Assembly (NCBI GenBank): GCA_963736005.1
Contig: CAVTNB010000001.1
Location: 1,472,001 to 1,536,000, forward strand
DNA from: an uncultured Pseudomonadota bacterium
Lineage (GTDB): Bacteria > Vulcanimicrobiota > Vulcanimicrobiia > Eremiobacterales > Eremiobacteraceae
Length of the DNA stretch: 64,000 nucleotides
Reading direction: 5' to 3'
The notes beneath the pieces are model-generated. The model made no database searches. It saw nothing but the letters and a program-made list of their open reading frames with translations, and was not told where the DNA came from. The position numbers and the translations under genes are program-made. Positions 9,811 through 20,008 of the stretch are shown here, piece by piece (position 1 is the stretch's first letter; the number at the start of each line of letters is the position of its first letter).

Positions 9811-11843
9811 GCGCTGGCGGTTCGCCTCGCAAACAGTTTGCGGTAGATGAGCTGTACGACGACTCCAATCACGAATCCGAAGACGAGACCGTTCGTAATA
9901 CGCAGCAGCGTGACCAGAAGCGGCGTGTGGATGTGGCTAAACGTATCGATGACGTCAGCAAGAGCGACGCCGGCAGCGAGGACGATAAGCCACCCGATCG
10001 CTCGCCGATGCACGCTGGACAGCGCGGGCAGCAACATGAGCGCCGGAAAACCGATCAAGAATTCCTTGAAGCGCGGCCGGGCGCCCACGAGCGTGGTGAG
10101 CACGCCGCGAAGGTGCGATTCGAATCCTGAGACGCCCACGTCTGGCTGATTCCCAGAACGCACGAGCAGCAAGACGGCCCCGGCGCCGAGGAGGAGGATC
10201 GCGGCAAACTGCCAGGCGCGCAGCGGCGCGTTCCCCACGTCCGATGGCCGGCGCTGCGCTCCAAAGAGCGGAGAAAACGCGTAGAGACTAATCAGGATCA
10301 GCGGAGGCGCCACCAGCAGCAATTTTGTGCCAATGAACTGTTGGACTTCGATCATGAACGTTGCTTGCGAGAGCAAGCCGGCGACGAACAAGCCGCCGAG
10401 CGCCGCTATGCCGACAGTCTTGAGCAGGCAGACGGCGCCATCACGAAGGTCCAGGGAAAAGGCAGGTTGCGCGCGCGGTGCCGGATGGGAAAAGTAAGGT
10501 GCAAGAACCGTGCCGGCAAGCACGGCGAAGGTCAGCGCGCCACCCAGCGCCCACAGTTGGCGCACGATGTAGTCGTGCGCGAGGAGCGCACTCGCCACAA
10601 AGGCCACCACCGTGATTCCAAAAAACGCCCACGCCATCCACAGACGCGCCCATCCGTACGCATCGAGCAGCAACAAGAAGGCGCCGGCAACGCCAAGAGC
10701 CACAAGGCAGTAGAGAATCTCAAGTGTGGGACCCTTGAAATTGACGAACCCCGTGGCCCGTCCAACGGAAAAGCCATTTGCTGCGAGTCCATCGCGTAGC
10801 CGGCGCAGCATGTCAAGGTTGGTCGCTTCTGCTGATTCTGTGACCAGTGTGCCGTCGGCAAGCTTGTTTTGGATCACGTGCGGGAACGGGCGTAAGTAAA
10901 TGACGCGGATGTTGCGCTCGCGCACGCCCAGCAGGTAGCGCGCAATGACGGTGTCGAGATCGAGCTTGTCGAGCTCGACCTTAGAGATGGCTTGCACGCG
11001 AACGGTTTGACTGACGATTTTGCGCGCGAGCGTGATACTGCCTTTCTGGATTTGATCTTCGCTGTACGCCTCGACGTCTCCAAAATTTACGCCAGTCGTG
11101 CGAAATGTGTCAGCCGTGGCGTCCAAATTGAAAGGATAGCCCAGCACGTCGTTACGCTGGCCGAAGAAAATGACCGTGCCGATTCGTCCGCCAGCGAGCA
11201 TTTGCGCAAATGTCGCAGCAATGCGATCGGGCCCCATGCGCTCGTTGTTTTGCACGCGAGGGTCCACCAGCAATCCGGCGCGGCGCACTTGCAATGCGAT
11301 ATCATCGGGAATACCGAGACCAAGACTGTTGAAAAAATCGATCTGCGTCTTCACCGCAACGATGGCGGGCAGCCGGGCTCTGATGAGCCGGACGTTGCGG
11401 GCTTCGAGTTGGTTGCGCAGGACGGTCAAGTATCGCGCGACGGTGGGACGATCGTATACGATGAGGTACACACTGTTGGGATCGATCTGATGCGCCGACG
11501 ACATGGCAGCAAGAAGCGGATCGCCGAGTGGGGAGACACGAGCGCTATCGATCAGTTGTTGACCGGAGAGCGCGAGAGCGTGGCTTGAACTGTTGACCCG
11601 CTGACCTTGCTCCTCGTAGACTGCGACAGAGGTGAGTCCAGCTCGGCGCATCTCGCGCAGTAGCTCGTCTGGGTCGTACCCAAAAGCATGCGCGAAATCT
11701 GCCAGATCTTGTTGATCCATGGTGATTTCGACGCTTCGATTGCGGGCTTCGAATCGATAGCGGTCGCCGGCGACGAGCAATGCGGCAAGCGTCCCGGCAA
11801 TGATAGCGACGAGCGCGAGCCGGCGCACAAAGGAAGTCTGCAT
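9807..11843 (-). CDS. DUF5693-like membrane protein (csaB-associated)
   Basis: ERNIRVIYLRP, RSGN, RPRFKEFLIGFP, TFSHIHTP motifs; coupled to csaB. Confidence 0.75.
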   Translation of the reverse strand: MQTSFVRRLALVAIIAGTLAALLVAGDRYRFEARNRSVEITMDQQDLADFAHAFGYDPDELLREMRRAGLTSVAVYEEQGQRVNSSSHALALSGQQLIDSARVSPLGDPLLAAMSSAHQIDPNSVYLIVYDRPTVARYLTVLRNQLEARNVRLIRARLPAIVAVKTQIDFFNSLGLGIPDDIALQVRRAGLLVDPRVQNNERMGPDRIAATFAQMLAGGRIGTVIFFGQRNDVLGYPFNLDATADTFRTTGVNFGDVEAYSEDQIQKGSITLARKIVSQTVRVQAISKVELDKLDLDTVIARYLLGVRERNIRVIYLRPFPHVIQNKLADGTLVTESAEATNLDMLRRLRDGLAANGFSVGRATGFVNFKGPTLEILYCLVALGVAGAFLLLLDAYGWARLWMAWAFFGITVVAFVASALLAHDYIVRQLWALGGALTFAVLAGTVLAPYFSHPAPRAQPAFSLDLRDGAVCLLKTVGIAALGGLFVAGLLSQATFMIEVQQFIGTKLLLVAPPLILISLYAFSPLFGAQRRPSDVGNAPLRAWQFAAILLLGAGAVLLLVRSGNQPDVGVSGFESHLRGVLTTLVGARPRFKEFLIGFPALMLLPALSSVHRRAIGWLIVLAAGVALADVIDTFSHIHTPLLVTLLRITNGLVFGFVIGVVVQLIYRKLFARRTASA

Positions 11844-11906
11844 TGGCGTTGCCTTTGAGGTTAGCCCGGGGCTTGCCTTCGGCGCTGCCGGCGAATTCGT
11901 CGCGGG

Positions 11907-12344
11907 CTACGTTTTCGTCTTGAACTTGTCGAGCGCGTCGCGCAGCTTCTGCGCTGCAAGCTCGAGCGCATTGGCAGCCGTTTCGATCGACATCGCAAAG
12001 ACGTGCTCGCCGCGTTCGGTGGCCGCTTTCGCAAACTCCGACGCGCGCTCGCCAAATTGCGCCCGGTCGAATCCGAAAGCCTCCGGGGACCAGCGCTTTT
12101 GTTCGGCAGCCAGGTGCCGGGCGAGCTCTTCAGGCGCGCCGAGCGCAAGAAGTTCGGCCGCGATGAGATCGACGCCGATTTCGAGACGGTTTTGCTCGCG
12201 CGCTTTTGCCTCGCAGTTGCTCGTGATCTGCCGGTACAGTCTGTCGACGAGCGGCGTGCGCTGTGACGGTGAGAGCGGTATTGCGCGATGCACGCGGTCG
12301 AGATAATCGTTGAGTGCCGAGGTGGCCTCTTGCGGAGTATACAC
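11907..12344 (-). CDS. Hypothetical helical protein
   Basis: GGAG RBS before GTG 12344; HAAS-like N-terminus (YLDRV...LGAPEELA). Confidence 0.55.
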   Translation of the reverse strand: MYTPQEATSALNDYLDRVHRAIPLSPSQRTPLVDRLYRQITSNCEAKAREQNRLEIGVDLIAAELLALGAPEELARHLAAEQKRWSPEAFGFDRAQFGERASEFAKAATERGEHVFAMSIETAANALELAAQKLRDALDKFKTKT

Positions 12345-12393
12345 GTTTTTCTCCAGAAGCAGGGCTGGGAGTGGGGTTCGCCGACACGTACGT

Positions 12394-13341
12394 ATGGCTT
12401 CGGTGAATCTTACCTGCACGAAGTGTGCGCCAGGGAGCCCCTGTGCATCCTGCCGCGCCATAGCTCGATCGCTACGAACTGCCGGTCATTCCATCACGCA
12501 AACGTCGCGCTACGATGCTTTGAGAGCTGCCGCGGTGGGAAGCTATGGATTCGAAGCTTGCGTGCTTCCACTCGGCAGCCACGAACGCTCAATCTTGGAT
12601 TCTGCCTTCACGTTGCTCGCGAGAACTCGGGTCGCGCTGGTCGTCGAGCCTGGTGCGCTGTCCGGCACTCCTACTCCTGAAGGCTTTACCGTCATCGTGG
12701 CTGCTGATTGGCAGACTCAACCGTTTCCCACAAATTGGATTGACAAGGCCCGAACGAGCAACCCCATCCCGGCGGCGTTTGAGAACAATGTGGAAACGAC
12801 GCATGCCATACTCGAATCCGCCATCCCCGTAGAGCAATTTGGTTCTGCGCGCCGTCGGCTCAAGAGCCTGGCTGCCCGTGCCCAGCGAGATTTGGGTGAG
12901 GCTGGTTTTGGTAAAGACCTGCGGCTGGATTCTATGGCAATGCTCGAGGATGAGATATCGTGGGCAAGCGCGAGTGCGAGTGGCTTTGGCCTCGTCCTCG
13001 TCATCGTCCGAGCCAAAACCGCGAGCGCAACGTTGAGCACCGAGCGATCGCTCGACTCGTTGCGAGAGTACGTGAGTTGCGTCGTCCGGTCGGGCGATGC
13101 GATCGCACAGGGCAGCGATAGCCTGCTCGTCATCGTGCCGGAAGCCGACGAGAAACAAACCGGTCTGGTTGCAAGCAGGATCGCCAACAGAATACGAAGA
13201 GCTTTGAAAAGCTCAAAGAGTGACAAGGCGTTGATGCGCGCTTGCCGCCATGCCACACTTGGAATTGCCACCTATCCCGTCCATGGCCTCACTCGGGAAA
13301 TGCTTTTGGCCCGTGCTACCGCGTCCGCGAAGCCGGTTTAG
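12394..13341 (+). CDS. Degenerate GGDEF-like domain protein with N-terminal Cys cluster
   Basis: VRSGD...LLVIVPE, TLGIATYP..G...LLARA fold motifs without GGDEF; CxxC...CxxC N-terminus. Confidence 0.6.
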   Translation: MASVNLTCTKCAPGSPCASCRAIARSLRTAGHSITQTSRYDALRAAAVGSYGFEACVLPLGSHERSILDSAFTLLARTRVALVVEPGALSGTPTPEGFTVIVAADWQTQPFPTNWIDKARTSNPIPAAFENNVETTHAILESAIPVEQFGSARRRLKSLAARAQRDLGEAGFGKDLRLDSMAMLEDEISWASASASGFGLVLVIVRAKTASATLSTERSLDSLREYVSCVVRSGDAIAQGSDSLLVIVPEADEKQTGLVASRIANRIRRALKSSKSDKALMRACRHATLGIATYPVHGLTREMLLARATASAKPV

Positions 13342-13345
13342 ATCC

Positions 13346-13371
13346 GCGCGCGAATAAATTCGCGCGACTAC
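13346..13371 (-). repeat. REP family A copy between convergent genes
   Basis: GCGCGCGAATAAATTCGCGCGACTAC. Confidence 0.9.
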
Positions 13372-13375
13372 ATTA

Positions 13376-14125
13376 TTAGATGCCGGCGTACCACTCGTAG
13401 CCCTGGTCTTCCCAATAACCGCCGCTGCCAAGAGTTCCGCCGAGCGACGCCACGAGTTCGATGCGTTGCACGTACTTCGCGCTCTTGTATCCGAGCTGCG
13501 TCGGCACTTTGAGCCGCAATGGCGCGCCATTCTTTATTGGAATCGGCTTGTCGTTGAGCTCGTAGGCAAGCAGAGCCTGCGGATGAGCAGCCTGCGAAAC
13601 GGAGAGTGACTCGTAGTAATACGTGCCCATCATGTCGGTGTCCATGCAATGAAAAACGACGTACTGCGCCAGCGGTTTCACGCCGCCGTTCGCAAGCAGG
13701 TCGGATAAGCGCACGCCGCTCCACTTACCGATAACGCTCCAGCCCTCAACGCAATCGTGGCGCGTGATCTGCGAGCGAATGGCAAACTTTTGATGCAAGG
13801 CTGCTAGATCGTACGACTGCGGCCGATCGACCAAGCCATCGACGCGCAACTCGTAACCCCTCCAGCCGCTCTTGCTCCAACGCGCATACTGATCCGAACC
13901 CGGCGGATCGAAGCCATTGGCGCGAAAGTCCGCCGATACATCATCAATCGTGTACTCGCGCGCGAGCGGCTGGCCCGCGCCAAGTATCGCAAGATTCAAA
14001 CGCTCCGGCGTTTGGAGAAAATTGTGAAAGCCTTGGTTGTCGTTGAGCGACGTCGCGAGTCGCGCACAACCAGTCAGAGAAGTCACTGCGATGATGCCAA
14101 GAAAGTTTCGGCGTTTGAGTTTCAC
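13376..14125 (-). CDS. Tat-exported molybdopterin oxidoreductase (sulfite oxidase/MsrP-like)
   Basis: KRRNFL Tat motif at GTG 14125; HDCVEGWS, NGAPLRL, GYKSAKY, GGYWED. Confidence 0.9.
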   Translation of the reverse strand: MKLKRRNFLGIIAVTSLTGCARLATSLNDNQGFHNFLQTPERLNLAILGAGQPLAREYTIDDVSADFRANGFDPPGSDQYARWSKSGWRGYELRVDGLVDRPQSYDLAALHQKFAIRSQITRHDCVEGWSVIGKWSGVRLSDLLANGGVKPLAQYVVFHCMDTDMMGTYYYESLSVSQAAHPQALLAYELNDKPIPIKNGAPLRLKVPTQLGYKSAKYVQRIELVASLGGTLGSGGYWEDQGYEWYAGI

Positions 14126-14922
14126 GGTGCTTGAGCCCCCGGGACCTCTAGCCATCCACTGATCATGGAGCGCAGGTTGTTGACCAACCCGGTCAGCACG
14201 ACCATGAGGATGTGCACGACAAAGAACAGCATGAGGACGATCATGCCCGCAAAATGCCACAGCCGGGCGAACTGCCGCCCGCCGAACATCTGTGGCAGCC
14301 AATGTGCATGCGCGTCGACCGCGGGCGAAAGCGCGAGGCCCGAGAGAATCACGATCGGCGCCACGACGAACACGATGCCAAAGTAGCTGAGCTTCTGCAA
14401 CGGGTTCAGGTGCGCTGATGCAGCAACCCTCCAGGGAACGAGATGCTCGCGCAACGTGCTTGGCAAAGCCCGCAGGTCAGCGCGCGTCGGAACAAGGTTG
14501 AGCGCGAAGCGGGCATACACGGCCGCGCACAACACGAAGATCCACGCGAAGAAGATGTGCCAGCGCCGTCCGTCCGCGAGATCTTGATACGCCGGAATTG
14601 TCAACCATGAAGGAAAGGCCCGCTCTGTCATGCCGCCCATTCCGTCTGGTCCAAAGCCGAGAACACCCGTGGTATTCACGCGCCACGAGCCGATTTGCAC
14701 GTAACCGATTTCGCTTGCGTCGGGAGCTAGTTCCGACCGAATGCTGAGGGCCGGATGGTCGAAATGCGAGGCATCGGATGCATAGAGTGCGGGATGAGCA
14801 TTGAAAATCTGCATGCCGCTCATCGCGAGCACGATCAGGGCGAGCGCACTCACCCAATGCGTGACGCGCACAGCGAGCGGGTGCCGGTAGATACGCGTCC
14901 TAGATGTCTTCACGTTGAGCAA
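14122..14922 (-). CDS. Cytochrome b membrane partner (PhsC/YdhU-like)
   Basis: VRVTHW, GRRWH, NPLQKLSY, ARLWHF, VVHI heme-ligand helices; start may be 14913. Confidence 0.85.
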   Translation of the reverse strand: MLNVKTSRTRIYRHPLAVRVTHWVSALALIVLAMSGMQIFNAHPALYASDASHFDHPALSIRSELAPDASEIGYVQIGSWRVNTTGVLGFGPDGMGGMTERAFPSWLTIPAYQDLADGRRWHIFFAWIFVLCAAVYARFALNLVPTRADLRALPSTLREHLVPWRVAASAHLNPLQKLSYFGIVFVVAPIVILSGLALSPAVDAHAHWLPQMFGGRQFARLWHFAGMIVLMLFFVVHILMVVLTGLVNNLRSMISGWLEVPGAQAP

Positions 14923-15069
14923 TACGATCTATGTGGCCCGCCGGATGCCCGCATTTGGAAAGGCCTTGTGCGTGGCTGGCCGCGAACACTCACCACCGCA
15001 TCTTCGCACGAACTATGAAAATTTCATTCGTGCGAATTTTCCCTATGACCGCAGTTCTGAGGAGGTCTT

Positions 15070-15486
15070 ATGCCGAGTAAAGGCATCAACCATCTCGCCG
15101 TTTGGGTGAGTGCAATTGTTTTCTTTTTGTGGGGCTACGTGTGGTTTAGCGTTCTTTTCAAGAGCCAGGTGATGGCGATGATGTCCCAGATGAACGCTGT
15201 GTCACCGACGAGCCCAGTGCCATATATTGTCGGTTTTCTGATGGCACTCGTGTTGGCTTACGGCACCGCGATCGCTTTGGCAGATAGCCAAAACCCAAGC
15301 GCGTCTCACGGCATTTCGTTCGGACTCTTTATGGGAGTCATTTTCTACGCGGGTCCTAGGTTAACGCAGACGCTTTTTGGCGGCACGCCAGTTTCGTGGT
15401 GGCTGCTGGAAATCGGTTGGGCTCTCATCGGGTTTGCCCTCGTCGGTGCCATCGTCGGCGGCTGGCCAAAGCGGGCAGCAGCCTAA
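15070..15486 (+). CDS. DUF1761-like membrane protein
   Basis: INHLAV...WGYVWFS..F pattern, 4 TM segments, GAGGAGG RBS. Confidence 0.7.
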   Translation: MPSKGINHLAVWVSAIVFFLWGYVWFSVLFKSQVMAMMSQMNAVSPTSPVPYIVGFLMALVLAYGTAIALADSQNPSASHGISFGLFMGVIFYAGPRLTQTLFGGTPVSWWLLEIGWALIGFALVGAIVGGWPKRAAA

Positions 15487-15487
15487 C

Positions 15488-17200
15488 TTAGTACGACCGA
15501 CTCGTCCTCGTCGCAAAGCCGGCAGGTGGCGTCGCCATTTCATCGGGTACCGCCACCGGCGTGATTCCCAGGCTCTGGCAATTCATCGGGGGCGGAAACG
15601 TGCCGACCGCCTTGTCTGGAATCTGGGCTTGTTCTGCCGCAATGGGCGGCGACGTTCCGGCCAAGCGTGCTGGATCGAAGCCGCCAAGCAAATCTGTGAT
15701 CGCCGGGTTTGTGTCGCGCGGTCCCTTCGGCAGGTAAGGCTTCTCGTCGGGCAACGAGGCAAGCGGCGGTAGGTCAAACAAAACGCTCACGAGCTTCGCA
15801 AACGATGCGTGGTCACCGGGATCCGAAACGATTGCGCCGGACTTCGCATAGGGTGAGATCAGCAGAAGCGGAACGCGTGGACCATCACCGCACGGGCGAG
15901 CATCCGGACAGCTTTCGAACACCGGCGGGGGCACGTGGTCGTAGTAGCCTTCTGAATCGTCCCACAAGATGATGACGACCGAATCTTTCCAATACTTGCT
16001 GCGCGCAATGGCGTTGATGTAGGTTGCCGCCATCGCTTCTGAGATCTGAGAGTCAGAATACCCCGGATGGTCGTCGTCGCCGCGAAAGGTTTGGCGTACT
16101 TGCGCATCGGGGTTTGCCGCCTGCCACCCAAACGGGTTTTGGTAGCCGCCTTTAATAAAGAAGACTCCGCGATCGGGAAGCGTGCCGGACTGGATTGCGG
16201 GTAGCAACTCCGTAAGATCGTGCACGTTGCTCCACAATGGCGCGTTCTGTCGGACGTAGCCAAAGAATTGCGCGGCATTGTGGTGCGTCACATACGCAGG
16301 GTACGTGCCGCTGCCATCGTCCTTGAAACCCTCCTGATACCAACCCCAAGGAACCGGAGCCGTCCCCGATCCGGCGAGCGAAGCGATGTCTTCTTTAATA
16401 TCACCATTGTCGATGACGGCGGAGGTCGCCGACGTACCACTCAAGGTAAGGAAGAGATTGGCAAAGGTGAGATCGATCTGTTTTGTTTTTGGCTCGCCCT
16501 TGTGATAGGGGCCGAACGCTGGATAGAGATCGTCAACCACCGGTACGCCAGGTCCAGTATCCGAATCTGCGACTGCCTCCGAGGGGTGGCGCGCCCATTG
16601 CGTTTGTCCAGTTTGTGCCGCCACGAGATCGATGTTCCCGGGAGTGGAAGGACCGTACATTGCTTGAAAGATGTGATCGTAGAGCGCAAACGTGTGGGCA
16701 TATTTCCAAAGGAATGGAATTGTGTCGCAGTCTTCGTGCGCCATGGTGAGAATGCCAACACGCTGAGCGTCTTGGAGCGTCGCTCCGAGACGCAACATCC
16801 GCCCCTCCTCAGCCGCCACATATAGGTCCATCTTGCCGCCGTCAGCTTTTGCGTACAACGCCGGCCGCGAATGGTCAGCATCCGCCAGATCGGGGTCGCT
16901 CAGGCGAAATGGGCTAATCCATTGATTGCCGATGGGATCGTATTGTTTAAAGCCGTGCAGGCGCGCTTCGTCACTCGCTAGATTGTCGGCCCCGGGGAAA
17001 GTACCGAAGTATGAGTCAAACGACCGGTTTTCCTGATAGATGATGAAGACATGGTGAATGTGCGCCCGGAGGTTTGCGAGCAACACTTGCTGATCGGAGT
17101 TGTCAGCGAATAACGCCGACGGTCTTGCAATAAGCGCCAACACTATGGTGAGCATGAGGAAACCGTATCGCAGCGAGCGCCCTCTCATTATGTACCTCAC
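15488..17200 (-). CDS. Secreted phosphoesterase (AcpA/phospholipase C family)
   Basis: QENRSFDSYFG, GPSTPG, DDHPGYSD, WDDSEGYYDHV, GPRVP. Confidence 0.9.
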   Translation of the reverse strand: MRYIMRGRSLRYGFLMLTIVLALIARPSALFADNSDQQVLLANLRAHIHHVFIIYQENRSFDSYFGTFPGADNLASDEARLHGFKQYDPIGNQWISPFRLSDPDLADADHSRPALYAKADGGKMDLYVAAEEGRMLRLGATLQDAQRVGILTMAHEDCDTIPFLWKYAHTFALYDHIFQAMYGPSTPGNIDLVAAQTGQTQWARHPSEAVADSDTGPGVPVVDDLYPAFGPYHKGEPKTKQIDLTFANLFLTLSGTSATSAVIDNGDIKEDIASLAGSGTAPVPWGWYQEGFKDDGSGTYPAYVTHHNAAQFFGYVRQNAPLWSNVHDLTELLPAIQSGTLPDRGVFFIKGGYQNPFGWQAANPDAQVRQTFRGDDDHPGYSDSQISEAMAATYINAIARSKYWKDSVVIILWDDSEGYYDHVPPPVFESCPDARPCGDGPRVPLLLISPYAKSGAIVSDPGDHASFAKLVSVLFDLPPLASLPDEKPYLPKGPRDTNPAITDLLGGFDPARLAGTSPPIAAEQAQIPDKAVGTFPPPMNCQSLGITPVAVPDEMATPPAGFATRTSRSY

Positions 17201-17297
17201 CGTCCCCTTCTACAAAGGTGTGACCCGGTTTTTGTCAGAGTGCGCAGAAGGCCCCTTTTCCTTAGTTCTAGAGTTCGCTATACTACAGGGTAAGCGT

Positions 17298-18797
17298 ATG
17301 ACATCGCCGCTTACGACATTTGCCTGCGATCGTTCCCAGCGGTGGATTCTGGTGCCGGGGGTGGCTTCCACACGCCAGATCGAGATCCGCAACGAAACGG
17401 ACTCGCCAATCGAGGTCCACGTGCACGTTGAGGAGCCGAGCGCGGCCTCCGCGTCTCCCGCCTCGATGACCATCCAACCGCGTCATTCCAGAGTTGCGGA
17501 TATCATTTTTCTCGCGAACTGGTCGCCGGCGCAGGATCGCCGTGCGACCATTTCCCTGCGAGATGGGCAAGGCAACCAACTCTCTTCCTTCTCGCAGGAG
17601 ATTGTCGCCGCAGACAGCTCGGATTGCAGCCTTTCACTCGAGCTCAAAGATGATGTGTTGGTCGACAACGCGATCATTGCGATGAAGCTCTGGTGCACCG
17701 TTGCGAGCCGCAGCGCAACGCCGCGTCGTTTCGAAATTGATTTTGCCCCCCATCCTGCGCTGCAATTTCCCGAGCGCAAGACCGTCACACTCGCGCCCGG
17801 TGAATCGACCGCGTTCGAGGCGCCGGTCCAGTGGAATCGCGCAGTCCGAGATGTTGCGGGTTGGAACCATCCGCGCGTTATCGAAGCATTCGTTCCGGTC
17901 AGCGACGGGCGGCGAACAGCAATCCTCTCCTGGGAACACGTCGAACAGCGGCTCGCTCCATATTTGACCAGCGACGATCAGCAACCCAAACTGATTCCGG
18001 CGCAGCCGCTTGACCAACGGCGCGCAAGTTTTATGGAAAAAACGCCTGGGCAGCTCAAGTACGAAGAACTCATCGAGCTCAAGCGCCTCGAGCAAAGCGT
18101 GGTAAGTTCAACACCCGGCCGCGCACCCGTGAAGCCCATCGATGAACTCGATGCTTCTGCAAGACCCTCGTCGCGGCGCTTGCCCATCGCACCGTTTGTC
18201 ACGATCGCCTTCGCACTGGTAGCGCTGGTTCTCGCCGGTTTTTTCTTCTTACGACCGCCTGAGAAACAAGCTACCAACGGACCGATTTCGGTTTCGCCTT
18301 TGAAACTGAGCCCAGCGCCGGCGGTGCACCCCAGCGCGAAATCTACGACTAGGTCTGCGACCGCGGCGGCCGTTGCAACACAGGTCTTGACGAGCACAAG
18401 CCAAGTGACCCAGCCAAATTCTGTCACCTCGTCAAACGCGAGCGCCCCGCGGACCTCGCCAAAGAGCGTGGCGGCCGCACCCACCAGCAAGCCCGCACCA
18501 CTCCCGACAATCGATCGCAGCCAAGTTGTTGGACTCTCGGGGGTCGCGGCGGAATATGCCCAAGGAGGGCGCGCGGTCAGCGTGGCCTGGTCCGGCGCAG
18601 CACAAGCAAGTGCGCTTGTGCAGCTCGTTGATTTCGATGGTAAGGTTATCGCAAGTCGCTCGATCCGTGGCGACAGTACTGCGGCAGTGTTGCGACTCCC
18701 AAGAGGCTATCACGGACCGGTATCTGTTAACGTCACCGCGTTCGGCTATCACGGAGAGCGGGTCGTTCAGACGGCATCGCTCTCGCCGCCAGGCTAG
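17298..18797 (+). CDS. Hypothetical single-pass membrane protein (Ig-like N-terminus, P/S/T linker)
   Basis: Long ORF, central TM helix, low-complexity linker. Confidence 0.65.
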   Translation: MTSPLTTFACDRSQRWILVPGVASTRQIEIRNETDSPIEVHVHVEEPSAASASPASMTIQPRHSRVADIIFLANWSPAQDRRATISLRDGQGNQLSSFSQEIVAADSSDCSLSLELKDDVLVDNAIIAMKLWCTVASRSATPRRFEIDFAPHPALQFPERKTVTLAPGESTAFEAPVQWNRAVRDVAGWNHPRVIEAFVPVSDGRRTAILSWEHVEQRLAPYLTSDDQQPKLIPAQPLDQRRASFMEKTPGQLKYEELIELKRLEQSVVSSTPGRAPVKPIDELDASARPSSRRLPIAPFVTIAFALVALVLAGFFFLRPPEKQATNGPISVSPLKLSPAPAVHPSAKSTTRSATAAAVATQVLTSTSQVTQPNSVTSSNASAPRTSPKSVAAAPTSKPAPLPTIDRSQVVGLSGVAAEYAQGGRAVSVAWSGAAQASALVQLVDFDGKVIASRSIRGDSTAAVLRLPRGYHGPVSVNVTAFGYHGERVVQTASLSPPG

Positions 18798-18822
18798 CAG
18801 CCGTTCCGCCGTGGGAGGGACA

Positions 18823-19263
18823 ATGGTACAGCGTCGACAGACATTCAGAACCTTTGTCGCCGTGGCATGTGCTGTCGTAGTCGTCGCGTTGACGCTCGCC
18901 TCGTGCAACAGTGGTTCCTCGGCTCCCGCAACACCTCTCTCCATCACATCAGGCTCCCCACCCAACGGTACTGTAGGAACAGCCTATAGCTTCAACCTCG
19001 CCGTTACGGGCGGCGAAGGAGGCTATGCCTGGGGTTGGCGTGCGTCGCCAGGTTCGACTCTCCCACCCGGTCTTCGGCTGATGTGTCTTGTTCTCACTCC
19101 GCCTGGGGCGGGTTGTAGCCAGCCTCAGGAGATCGCGGGCATACCAACTACCGCTGGAACCTATAACGTCGTCGTAACGGTAAGCGACGTCGTCCTAACG
19201 GGCGATACTTATTCAAATCCGCAAAGCGCCCGCGCCACATACACGATCACAATTGCACCATGA
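18823..19263 (+). CDS. Lipoprotein with putative Ig (He_PIG-like) domain
   Basis: GGAGG RBS, lipobox LASC, PNGTVGTAYS, LPPGL, GIPTTAGTY. Confidence 0.75.
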   Translation: MVQRRQTFRTFVAVACAVVVVALTLASCNSGSSAPATPLSITSGSPPNGTVGTAYSFNLAVTGGEGGYAWGWRASPGSTLPPGLRLMCLVLTPPGAGCSQPQEIAGIPTTAGTYNVVVTVSDVVLTGDTYSNPQSARATYTITIAP

Positions 19264-19499
19264 CGATTAAGCCAATTGGTGTGCGAACTATAATAGTTAC
19301 CAATTTATTCGCGACCGAACCCTTAGGCCCAAAGTCTCATCCTTTTTGGGGCGATTTTCCACCGCCGCGTGTGCGCTTGATCAATTCCGGCCGGTCCAAT
19401 CGCTGCTAAGATAACTCCAGACGACCCGATTGATCGGCCTCCGTGCGCAGGGGGTCAACAGCGGGTCTCTTCTTTTTATAGCGCCAACGTTTGGGCGCG

Positions 19500-19897
19500 A
19501 TGAACGCCTCGTACAACCGCATTGCGGGGGAGAGTCTGGCGCGACTGAGCGCTTTGAGCGACGGCGTTTTCGCCGTTGCCATGACCCTTCTCGTGCTCGA
19601 CCTGCGCGTGCCGGCGGCGAGCGCCGTTCATTCGGAACGCGACCTTTTGCAGGCGCTCGCAGGCTCACTCCGCGGCTCATACCATATTTTATGAGTTTTC
19701 TTACGCTGGGCATCTTTTGGGCGGGTCAGCAGACACAGCTCAATAACTTCTCCCGCGCAGATCGCAATGTCGCGTGGATTCACATCGCATTTCTCCTTGC
19801 CGTCTCTATCACTCCATTTTCCACCGTTGCTTTGATCGCGCTCTTGCAGCTCAACTATGCGTTGGGATTGCGCTGGCCGCGCTTTTTGGAACACTAG
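19500..19897 (+). pseudogene. TMEM175/DUF1211 K+ channel family pseudogene
   Basis: RLSALSDGVFAVAMTLLVL motif; 1-nt frameshift near 19663; apparent internal deletion after TPFST. Confidence 0.75.
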
Positions 19898-20008
19898 CCC
19901 CCATATGATTGCATAACACTTCACGAGTTCTTCGCCGCATCGCCGTCCATCGAAAGACCTAGGCTGCGACTGAGGAGCATTTTTTAGTAGCGAGAAAAGA
20001 ACCGAGTC

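Noticed and set aside
19500..19897. Programmed frameshift in TMEM175
   Set aside because: No slippery heptamer, and a further internal deletion indicates decay
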